Virus record (IMG/VR): IMGVR_UViG_3300028048_000001
Location: 128,001-192,000 of that record
DNA length: 64,000 bases
Reading direction: 5' to 3' (one strand)
From: a virus
Taxonomy: Duplodnaviria > Caudoviricetes
Shown: positions 20,052 through 28,726 of the stretch, piece by piece
How positions within the stretch are numbered: the first letter of the stretch is position 1
How the letters are laid out: each line of letters starts with the position of its first letter
Made by a program: the position numbers and the translations under genes
Notes under the pieces: model-generated
The model's input: only the letters and a program-made list of their open reading frames with translations
Told to the model about the DNA's origin: nothing
Database searches by the model: none

Positions 20052-20585
20052 ATGGGTATCATAACTACAGATGATCAATATTATCATGATATTGCAGATG
20101 CTATTAGAGAAATTAATGAAAGCGAAGAAACATATACCCCATCATTAATGGCTGGTGCTATTAGAAATATGGGTAGTGTAAAAGGGGTTAAAGGAGATGC
20201 TGAATCTGAATATAGAAAAGGCTATGTAAATTTAACTCCTGCTGATATTGGAGCATTACCTTCTTCTGCAGCCGTTCAATCTGCAGAAAAAGCTACTAAA
20301 GATGCAGATGGTAATGTTATTAGTACAACTTATCAAAAAATTACAAATGTAACATCAAAAGGTGATGCTACAACGCCTGTATATTTTGATGCTAATGGAG
20401 CAGCAATACCAATTTCAAGTTATTCTGGTAATGCTGCTACTGCTGATAAATTACATAATCAAGTTGATATTACTGTTGGATCTTCTACTAAATCTTTTGA
20501 TGGTTCTACTAATGTACAATTTAGTAAATCAGAAATTGGATATATTACAGCTGAAGTTGATGGAGAAACATTAATATTAAAATAA
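20052..20585 (+). CDS. short tail fibre-associated protein
   Basis: DIADAIR N-terminal helix; fibre motifs GVKGDAESEYRKGYVNLTPADIGA, KDADGNVISTTY, GNAATADKL, FDGS. Confidence 0.7.
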   Translation: MGIITTDDQYYHDIADAIREINESEETYTPSLMAGAIRNMGSVKGVKGDAESEYRKGYVNLTPADIGALPSSAAVQSAEKATKDADGNVISTTYQKITNVTSKGDATTPVYFDANGAAIPISSYSGNAATADKLHNQVDITVGSSTKSFDGSTNVQFSKSEIGYITAEVDGETLILK

Positions 20586-20660
20586 AATTATATAATTTTT
20601 GTTTTTATATAACATAACTCCATAATAATACCTATATATTCTGGAGGTAGTATTTTAATT

Positions 20661-21437
20661 ATGGTTAACTTTAAATATTTAGATATTCCTCCTTTTAGTA
20701 AAAGAGAAGGGGACGCTCTTTTATTTAATGAAGATGGATATCTTGAATATTATATACCAGAAGATTACTTTGAAGGAGGAAAATCTACCTCTGCTAGTAT
20801 TCAAGGTTCTTATATAGAAATTTTTGGATCTTTTATGTATAGGATATACTCCGATAAAGGTACTCCTGGAAAACTTATGGATTTTTCTTTTCCTACAAAA
20901 TTTCTTTGTAGACCTGGATCTATAGAAAAGAAAAAAGATATATCTCTAGAAGAACATTTAGACGCTTCTGATTATAGGATTTTACGATTTGAAAAAGGTG
21001 ATCAATTAATTACAAGATGTCATGTTGAACAGAATATTGATAATGTATCTGAGTTGTTTAGATTACATATTCAAACTGGTAGAATTCCAAACGATATAGA
21101 CTATTCTTCTCTTTATAAATTTCCTTTTGAAAGTATGGAATTAAATTCTAAAGGATATTCTGTACATGCTCAAGCAATGGGATTGATTTATTCTAAGATT
21201 TGTAGAGATCCAGATGATGTGTCTAAACCTTTTAGAATGTCAAAAACTATTGATAAACAAATGATTGGGTATAAACCAATCTCTATTAAAGAAGCGGCTA
21301 AATTCGTTTCTCCGTTTGTTTCTCTTACATCTGAGAATTTGGATGAATCTATTATGTCTTCTGTACTTCTGTCTGAGGAAGAAAAGAATGGAAAAGCACA
21401 TAAAGAAAGTCCATTAGAGAGAGTTCTTATGATGTAA
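20661..21437 (+). CDS. conserved phiKZ/AR9-like virion protein preceding the sheath gene
   Basis: position upstream of the sheath; C-terminal SLTSENLDESIMS...SPLERVL pattern. Confidence 0.5.
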   Translation: MVNFKYLDIPPFSKREGDALLFNEDGYLEYYIPEDYFEGGKSTSASIQGSYIEIFGSFMYRIYSDKGTPGKLMDFSFPTKFLCRPGSIEKKKDISLEEHLDASDYRILRFEKGDQLITRCHVEQNIDNVSELFRLHIQTGRIPNDIDYSSLYKFPFESMELNSKGYSVHAQAMGLIYSKICRDPDDVSKPFRMSKTIDKQMIGYKPISIKEAAKFVSPFVSLTSENLDESIMSSVLLSEEEKNGKAHKESPLERVLMM

Positions 21438-21533
21438 TTAAATATATAAGAGAATATTTAAAAAATAAAATTAATATGTATAATATTATAATTTTTGATA
21501 AAGATTTTCTATACTTAAAGGAGGATACAGCTT

Positions 21534-23366
21534 ATGTATGCTGGAACAAAAGTAAACTGGCATGAAGTACTGATGAGCAATGCTGTTGCTGAAAATAGTA
21601 ACGAATCGCTTCCTCTGTTTCTTTGTGTCTTTTCAGCAGATAAGGGTACCGAAGAAATTACAGATTTAACTTATACTGATTTTAGAAAAATGTATGGTGA
21701 TAATGCTGATTTCTTCAAGCATGGCCAACCTTTAATTCAAGCACATAAGATTTTGGCTGCAGGTGGTAGAGTCCTTGGCAAGAGACTTGTTGCTGATGAT
21801 GCTACTCTTGCTAATTTGGTTATTCTTGCTGAAATTATTGTTTCTGATATACCAACTGTTAAGTTTACTAAACAAACAGTTACTGATGCTAAAACTTTTG
21901 CTCAGGTAAAAGATGCAGCTCTTGAACTTAAGACTAGTACTACTTTTCCATTATTTATTATTTGTGATAATGGTAGAGGTGAATCTTTTAAAAATGTAAG
22001 AATTGCTCCTGATTATGATGCATCTAAGACTCTTGATTTTATGCTTTATAATATTCAAGATATCGAAGGTGTTACTGTAATGGAATCTAATAGATTTTCT
22101 CTTGATCCAGATGCTATTACTTATAGTGGAAATTCTAAGAAAAATATGGCTCTTCAGAAATCTACTATGAATCAGATCAAAGCAGAATGTCTTGTTGATA
22201 GTTTTAAAGAATTTATTGATAAACTTGGAACTGAAGCTGGATATGTTATCCCCGATGAGGAAACTGGAGAGAATATAGTTGATTATAGTACTCTCTATAA
22301 TCTTGATATCCTTAATGCTTGCAGTAAAAAAGGTCTTCCACTTACTACGTTTAATGTGGATACTACCGAATTAGATATGAAAGCTACTTATGGATATACT
22401 CTTAAATCTGGAGATAACGGTTCATTTGGTTCAGCACCGTTCCCAGGTGAAAGTGGAGCAAGCACCGAATGGGTTAACGCTGCAACTGAATTTTTAAGTG
22501 CAGAAGTTCCTAGCCCATATTATTCTTATGATGAGATTTACGATCTTGATTATCATAAGATTGATTTCTGTGTTGATGCTAACTATCCTGATGATATTAA
22601 AAATCTTATTGTAGAACTTGCTAACTTCAGAGAAGATTTCTTCTATTTCAGAGATCTTGGAATAGATATTGATAATATTGATGAAGTTATAGAAAAAGTT
22701 GGAGATGCAACATGGTCTCATAGTCCATTTGTTGGCGACTATATGACTACTTATGATATTATTGATGATTTTTCTAAGAAGCAGATTAAGGTTACTATGC
22801 TTCATGGTGTAGCTCCTCTTCTTGTAAATCATTATATGAATAATCCTAATGCTCCTATTGCTGGAGAATTTAACCATTTCATTATTACAGAAATGGTTGA
22901 TAATACTTTAAATATTATCCCAAGAATTACTCCAAAGAGAGATATGAAGACTGAACTTGATGATCTCAGGGTTAATTATGCTAATTATTCTTCTGATGAT
23001 GGAATTATTACTGTTCAGTCTACTTATACTTCTCAGGATCATTGGGGTCCTCTCAGTTATTCTTCTAATGTTATTATCACTCAGATGTGTATTAAAGATA
23101 TTAGAAGATATTGTCCAAAGATCAGATTCATGCTTATGGATGGAAATGATTTTGCACAATATAAGAAACTGATTCAGGATAATGTTATTAGTTACTATGA
23201 GAAGTACTTTAAGTCTATTGAGCTGGTTTATACTCGTGATGATGTTATGACTGCTCAGAAGATTTTTAATGCTTCTCTGTATTGTTATTATAAGGACTTC
23301 CCGCAGGGTGAAATCTTTGATGTTTTTGCTATTGAAGGAAACCCTGAATCGAATCCAGCATATTAA
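21534..23366 (+). CDS. contractile tail sheath protein
   Basis: FSADKG.E, FFKHGQPL...AAGG, LKSGDNGSFG, DANYP...K..I..L...RED motifs of jumbo-phage sheaths. Confidence 0.8.
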   Translation: MYAGTKVNWHEVLMSNAVAENSNESLPLFLCVFSADKGTEEITDLTYTDFRKMYGDNADFFKHGQPLIQAHKILAAGGRVLGKRLVADDATLANLVILAEIIVSDIPTVKFTKQTVTDAKTFAQVKDAALELKTSTTFPLFIICDNGRGESFKNVRIAPDYDASKTLDFMLYNIQDIEGVTVMESNRFSLDPDAITYSGNSKKNMALQKSTMNQIKAECLVDSFKEFIDKLGTEAGYVIPDEETGENIVDYSTLYNLDILNACSKKGLPLTTFNVDTTELDMKATYGYTLKSGDNGSFGSAPFPGESGASTEWVNAATEFLSAEVPSPYYSYDEIYDLDYHKIDFCVDANYPDDIKNLIVELANFREDFFYFRDLGIDIDNIDEVIEKVGDATWSHSPFVGDYMTTYDIIDDFSKKQIKVTMLHGVAPLLVNHYMNNPNAPIAGEFNHFIITEMVDNTLNIIPRITPKRDMKTELDDLRVNYANYSSDDGIITVQSTYTSQDHWGPLSYSSNVIITQMCIKDIRRYCPKIRFMLMDGNDFAQYKKLIQDNVISYYEKYFKSIELVYTRDDVMTAQKIFNASLYCYYKDFPQGEIFDVFAIEGNPESNPAY

Positions 23367-23383
23367 TAAGGAGGAAGTAAAAT

Positions 23384-24310
23384 ATGGCTGCTGGTCTTAA
23401 TTATATTAAGATGCCCAGAAGTGTTACAGAATACACTCTGATGAAAGGCGTTACTGATTTTTCCAATTTAAAGCAGTTTGATGTCTTTGAATCAGGCTAC
23501 TCCTTCCTTACTGTTGTTGGTGTTCCTGATTTCATGAGCAAATTAGCTGCTAGAAGCCCTGCTGTTAAAAACCTTCAAGATGGTCTTGTCCATATTATGG
23601 AAGGTGAGTTTAGAGGACTTTCTGGTATTCCTGATATTACTGCTGATGCTGGTACCATCTCTAATGGTAACAACGAAATGATGATTATTAATAACGTAAC
23701 GATGGATACTTCCATAACTGTTGAAATGACATTCTGGGAGAGATCTGGTTCTCTTATTACTAATTATCTTCAGTATTATCTTACCGGTATTAAAGATCCT
23801 TATAGTAAAGCAAAGACTTATCATGGTCTTGTGGGTTCTGTCTATAATGATCCAGGTCCTCAATATGAGGTATTTACGTTCCTCTATTATGTAACCGATA
23901 ATACTATGAGAAAAGTTGAAAGAGCTTATCTTTTAGCTAATGCTCAGCCTACTATGGCTCCTAACTCTCAGCTTTATAATAGTACCAAGGGTACCATTGA
24001 GTTCCAAGAAATCAATATATCTTTTAACTGCTTCCCAATTATTGGTGATCAGGTTAACAGATATGCATCTATGATGCTTCAGAATGATATTTCTCAACCT
24101 AATGGTAATCCAAGAAAAGTTGTTCTTGACTTTAATGATTATGAATGGGCTGTTATGAAGGGTGGTTATAAGCCTGATGGTTCTGGTCAAACCAGAAACG
24201 ATGGTATTGTTGAAAATACTGGTCTTGTTAAAGATATTCTTAGTAATACCAGCCTTTCCAATACTGTTGCTGAAAAGTATAATCAGAACGTTCCTCTTGG
24301 AAACCTGTAA
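23384..24310 (+). CDS. tail tube protein
   Basis: directly after the sheath gene; ERSGSLIT..L.YYLTGIKDP.SKAKTYHG and LYYVTD motifs. Confidence 0.75.
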   Translation: MAAGLNYIKMPRSVTEYTLMKGVTDFSNLKQFDVFESGYSFLTVVGVPDFMSKLAARSPAVKNLQDGLVHIMEGEFRGLSGIPDITADAGTISNGNNEMMIINNVTMDTSITVEMTFWERSGSLITNYLQYYLTGIKDPYSKAKTYHGLVGSVYNDPGPQYEVFTFLYYVTDNTMRKVERAYLLANAQPTMAPNSQLYNSTKGTIEFQEINISFNCFPIIGDQVNRYASMMLQNDISQPNGNPRKVVLDFNDYEWAVMKGGYKPDGSGQTRNDGIVENTGLVKDILSNTSLSNTVAEKYNQNVPLGNL

Positions 24311-24340
24311 ATAATAAAAAATAATAAGATTATAAGAATT

Positions 24341-24372
24341 TATATCCGGTAGGTAAAAACCTACCGGATATA
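24341..24372. terminator. bidirectional terminator
   Basis: tatatccggtagg-taaaaa-cctaccggatata between convergent genes. Confidence 0.85.
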
Positions 24373-24394
24373 TTTTTTATAAAATTCTAATATA

Positions 24395-24832
24395 TTATTT
24401 TAATTTCTTAACCCATTCGACACACAGATCAAGAAATTTATTTAATTCTGGTTCTTCTCCAAAATAAGGAGGATATAGATCGGCCATGGTATATACATAA
24501 TCATCCTCCTTATTTTTTCTAAATCCACATATTTTTGCTGATAATGATTTACCAGACATTATCTTATGATGGTTAACGACGCAAAGTGCAACCTGCCCTC
24601 TCAAATGTTCTTTAAGGCAAAAGTCTGGTAGTGATTTAAAATCTTTCATAAACAATACTGGTGATGATCCAATATCCCAATCACCATCCTCTGTCATAGA
24701 TATCTGAAACTTATAGCCCCTGAAAGGAGTAAGATATCCAACAATGTTTTCATCAGCCTTTACTGTTAACTGAGGCATATTATATTTATCGTCAATCTTT
24801 GCGTTTTCGAAACTCATTTTAAATTCTTTCAT
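24395..24832 (-). CDS. hypothetical early protein
   Basis: aaggag RBS; long structured leader. Confidence 0.7.
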   Translation of the reverse strand: MKEFKMSFENAKIDDKYNMPQLTVKADENIVGYLTPFRGYKFQISMTEDGDWDIGSSPVLFMKDFKSLPDFCLKEHLRGQVALCVVNHHKIMSGKSLSAKICGFRKNKEDDYVYTMADLYPPYFGEEPELNKFLDLCVEWVKKLK

Positions 24833-25040
24833 TTTATTTCTCCTTTTTTATTTAATTTAAATTATCATATACAAATTACAGATACAGGATATAATAGCAT
24901 TGAGCCGATACTATTATACTAAAGAATTAAAGATTGCAACCATTGGTATCCTAATCTGCAAACAAATTAATAGTATCTCTTTAATTCACTATTATACTAT
25001 ATAATTAAAATTATTAATTTAAAAAAAAAAGAAAACAGAA

Positions 25041-25556
25041 TTAATCTGTTTTCTTTTTAATCGGTTCTATTATATCATAATTCCATATTACTATTGAATC
25101 CACGTCCCACATTGTAAAAATATGAGAATGATTATGAAAATATCTATAATTATTATGCATATGAACTTCCATAGCATCGAATTCATTGTATATCTTTTCT
25201 AAATCTAATTCATATTTATAATCATCATACCAATCTATTCCCCATAAATATTTATTTTTAATTTCTTTAAGATAAGGTTTTATATCATCGAAAGTTCTAA
25301 TTTCTAAAACCTTACTTTTTCTTTTAATTTTAAATTCAAAAGATGTTTTTAATTTATCTATTTCAAAATATTCACTTTCACAAAAATTTTTCCATCCCCA
25401 ACTACTATATTTAGGTGATGCCCAAATTCCTTTAGGCTTAACTTTTCTTGAAAAATCAAATTCTCTCATAGGTCTTTCTTTATCTAAAAAATCTGCTCCA
25501 TAATGAATATATACTTTTCTATTTTTATATTTCTTTTTTCTTTTTGCTTTCCACAT
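25041..25556 (-). CDS. hypothetical early protein
   Basis: aaggag RBS; KPKGIWASP and WDVDSIVIWN motifs. Confidence 0.7.
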   Translation of the reverse strand: MWKAKRKKKYKNRKVYIHYGADFLDKERPMREFDFSRKVKPKGIWASPKYSSWGWKNFCESEYFEIDKLKTSFEFKIKRKSKVLEIRTFDDIKPYLKEIKNKYLWGIDWYDDYKYELDLEKIYNEFDAMEVHMHNNYRYFHNHSHIFTMWDVDSIVIWNYDIIEPIKKKTD

Positions 25557-25661
25557 ATTTTATTTTCTCCTTTTTATTTGATTTACATTCATTTTCAATA
25601 TTATAATATCTTTTTTAAAAAATAAAAATAATAAGGTAGAGATTTCTCTCTACCTTTTATA

Positions 25662-27986
25662 TTATTCAAATTCATCTTCTCCTTTAGATTTTTGAATACT
25701 ACTATCTAAAGCAATTTGATCTTTAATCTTTTCAATTTCATCATCACTCATATAAGAAGGAATTAATTTTCTAATTAATCTCTTCTTAAATAAAGCTTTA
25801 GCTTCATCACTTTGTCCAGCCATTTCAACTTCAGTAATAGATTCAGCATATTGTACAGCACTATTAAGAAGCTGAGTTCCTTGTGTCATACTTAAGAATG
25901 CAGGAGGAGGTAATTGAACTTCAAGTGTAATATTTTCATCATATTCAAATCTATAAATTTTAGTAAAAACTTCAGATAAAAAATCTTCCATTTTAAGCTG
26001 CCTTTTTAAAACATTCCTAAGTAATTTAGCATTAGTCATAGTATATCTAACAGCAAAATCCATACCAGTAGAACTATTTACTATTTCTAATGGAACGCCT
26101 GTAGAATTAACAGCAGATTCTTCAAGATTAGCTTGTAAATCTGTTGGAAACTCAAATTGCTGGCCAGGCATTGTATCAAATTGAATAGGAGGATCTCCAG
26201 ATGGGCCCATAGGAATAACAAAATCATTAAATCTACCAACAATACCCAATATATTATTGACAGATTCCATTTGTCTTACTCCAAAGTTTCCTTTTTTTAT
26301 TGTAGTAATTACATTAAGTAATGATTGAGCAGTATTAGTATCAAGAGACTGTTTTACATAATAAACTCTTCTATCAAAGCCTCTTGTAGCCCAACCCAAT
26401 ACTGAAGTTAATGTAAGAGTAATCCACTGTTTAGCAGGTACTAAAGCATCCCAAAGATCTGATATTCCTCTATGAGTATCAGGATCTTCTTTAAATTTTA
26501 AATGATGAATATCATCAGAAGGAATGAATACAACATCCATATCTATAGTATGAGATATTTGATTATATTTATCATTAAATCTAAGAATTTTATAAATTTC
26601 TTCTTTTAAATCTGCATTAGAATTAATAAAAGCAGCATCTATCTTTTGAGAAATTTTTCCAGCTAATGTTCTTAACAATAAATTCTTTTGATTTTCTACA
26701 TCTTCATTAGTAGTAACTTGCGTAGAAATTTGTCCATTATTAAACATACCTGTTATAGAATTATATCCTTTTACATTACCACTAGCATTTAAATCTATAT
26801 TTTCGAATTGATTAAATTTAATATAATAAGCTCCAAACATTGTATCTTCAATATAAATAGGAATAATTTTATCATGTTTAATAGTTCTTAATACTGCGCC
26901 GTTTACTTTAACTTTTGTAGAATTTTGATTTTTATTTGCTATTAATCCATCAGCAGCAGATTTATCATCATCTTCCCATTCTAATTGATCATCTCTTACT
27001 GTTTTATCAAATTTTACAACTGTAGTATCTTTATTTAATTTTTCTAAATGATCAGCAAATTTATCATTAGTTTCATTGATAACAAAAGATTCTGATAATC
27101 CTTTTAAAAGTTCATTTCCAGAAGCTTTTTGTAAATATAAATTATTTTCTATTGCTTCTTTTAATACTTTTGATTTATCAAAATTAATTTTGATAATTGG
27201 TTCATTAGAATCTCCTGATTCCATTGTAACTGTAACAGGTAATTTTTTTATATCTTGATTAAACTCTTTTTTTGTTACAGATTCAGTAACAGAAAATGAT
27301 GTATTTTGTTTTCTTTTTAATAATTGTTCTAAAGCTGCAGAATATGGTACACAATACACAAATTCTTCTCCATATTTAGAAGTATCTTCATACCAAGTTT
27401 CAGCTTTATTAGAAAGATCATACTTTTTGATCATCTCATAAATATTATTTTGAATAGCAGCATTTTTATCAGATTGAGGATTTTCTCCTCTAGCATGAAC
27501 TTCAAGAAATTCTTTAGTATAAGAATCTGAGCATAAAACTGCGTCTCTTTTTATATCCAATGCTGCTTGAAGTTTAGTCATATATTTACATATAAGATCA
27601 AATTCATTATCTAATTCAGATATCCACTTAGTTTTTGAATATGCTTCCATCATAGAAGCAACCATATCTGTAGATTGAAAAAGAGAAGAAATATCATCTT
27701 CTCCACCACGACCAAAAGATTTATCTAATTTAGCTTGAGCAGAATTAGAATTATTTGTACTTTTTAAAAGTTTACGAAATAATCTAGATGTATTAGATAT
27801 GTTTTTATATTCTTCATCTTGTTGTGTAGATTTTCTAATAGCATCATCTAATTTATCTGTAACCTGGGATTTAAATTCTTCAGAAGTATCATTAGTATAA
27901 TATGTATTTGTATACAAATCATTAACTTTTTGTCTGAGAAGATCAAGAGATTTATTAATCTTTCTCTGATTTGCATTATCTGCCAT
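25662..27986 (-). CDS. portal protein (jumbo-phage type)
   Basis: TSKYGEEFVY, HRGISDL, RGFDRRVYYVKQ, IQFDTMPGQ, AVNSTGVP, LPPP motifs. Confidence 0.75.
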   Translation of the reverse strand: MADNANQRKINKSLDLLRQKVNDLYTNTYYTNDTSEEFKSQVTDKLDDAIRKSTQQDEEYKNISNTSRLFRKLLKSTNNSNSAQAKLDKSFGRGGEDDISSLFQSTDMVASMMEAYSKTKWISELDNEFDLICKYMTKLQAALDIKRDAVLCSDSYTKEFLEVHARGENPQSDKNAAIQNNIYEMIKKYDLSNKAETWYEDTSKYGEEFVYCVPYSAALEQLLKRKQNTSFSVTESVTKKEFNQDIKKLPVTVTMESGDSNEPIIKINFDKSKVLKEAIENNLYLQKASGNELLKGLSESFVINETNDKFADHLEKLNKDTTVVKFDKTVRDDQLEWEDDDKSAADGLIANKNQNSTKVKVNGAVLRTIKHDKIIPIYIEDTMFGAYYIKFNQFENIDLNASGNVKGYNSITGMFNNGQISTQVTTNEDVENQKNLLLRTLAGKISQKIDAAFINSNADLKEEIYKILRFNDKYNQISHTIDMDVVFIPSDDIHHLKFKEDPDTHRGISDLWDALVPAKQWITLTLTSVLGWATRGFDRRVYYVKQSLDTNTAQSLLNVITTIKKGNFGVRQMESVNNILGIVGRFNDFVIPMGPSGDPPIQFDTMPGQQFEFPTDLQANLEESAVNSTGVPLEIVNSSTGMDFAVRYTMTNAKLLRNVLKRQLKMEDFLSEVFTKIYRFEYDENITLEVQLPPPAFLSMTQGTQLLNSAVQYAESITEVEMAGQSDEAKALFKKRLIRKLIPSYMSDDEIEKIKDQIALDSSIQKSKGEDEFE

Positions 27987-28016
27987 AATTCCATTAATCT
28001 CCTATATAGATTAGAT

Positions 28017-28028
28017 TATAGTGATGTT
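28017..28028 (-). promoter_or_regulatory. putative late/middle promoter NAC(A/T)-N6-TA
   Basis: aaca-tcacta-ta upstream of portal; similar boxes at 5271, 5507, 10672, 20011, 30823 (+) and 30784, 41469, 54310, 58610 (-). Confidence 0.5.
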
Positions 28029-28114
28029 TTTGCTATAATGAAATAGCAAAAAAAAGAAAAGGTGATTAACCTTTTCTTTTTAAAATAAAATAAAGAGAGG
28101 AATTTTTTCCTCTC

Positions 28115-28726
28115 TTATATAACAATTATATTACTATATATATCTGCTATTAATTTGAATTTGTTTTTATATAATGAATATCTAATAGTTTTTATATTAT
28201 TATCATTTTGGTTAATAATATAATTATAAATTTTAAGTCCTACTTTATCAGCTTTATTTAAATTAGTTATACTTTTACTAGCAGGAACCATAAAATTTTT
28301 TATACCATTAGATACATTTATATATCCTATTTCTGTATTAGAACTAACTACAGAAAAATTATTTATATTATAGCAATCATCTTCAGAGTATATACAGATA
28401 GTTTTATTATCTATATTATTATAAATATTAAAATACTTTATAGAATTATTACATTTAATATTAGATCCAAGAAAATATGTATTTTGAAATAAATTCATCA
28501 TACTATTTTCATCTTTTAATTTTAGTAAATCATTAATTCTAGCAGTAATCATAATATTAAATATAATAGGAATCTTAATTATATTTATAAAACTTTCATC
28601 ATCAGACATCATTATTATATATCCTGGAATATGGGTTACATATCCAGTAGTTCTTATAAATCCAGCAAATGATGTTATTATTGGATTTACATATTTACAA
28701 AAATCTATATATAGAGATGACTCCAT
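28115..28726 (-). CDS. hypothetical protein translationally coupled to PolB
   Basis: start overlaps the PolB stop codon (TAATG). Confidence 0.7.
   Translation of the reverse strand: MESSLYIDFCKYVNPIITSFAGFIRTTGYVTHIPGYIIMMSDDESFINIIKIPIIFNIMITARINDLLKLKDENSMMNLFQNTYFLGSNIKCNNSIKYFNIYNNIDNKTICIYSEDDCYNINNFSVVSSNTEIGYINVSNGIKNFMVPASKSITNLNKADKVGLKIYNYIINQNDNNIKTIRYSLYKNKFKLIADIYSNIIVI

Noticed and set aside
22494-24190. Short ORFs antisense to or overlapping the sheath and tube genes (and similar ones opposite pol, sbcC, nrdD, thyA)
   Set aside because: Fully overlap well-supported genes, lack RBSs and show no recognisable motifs.
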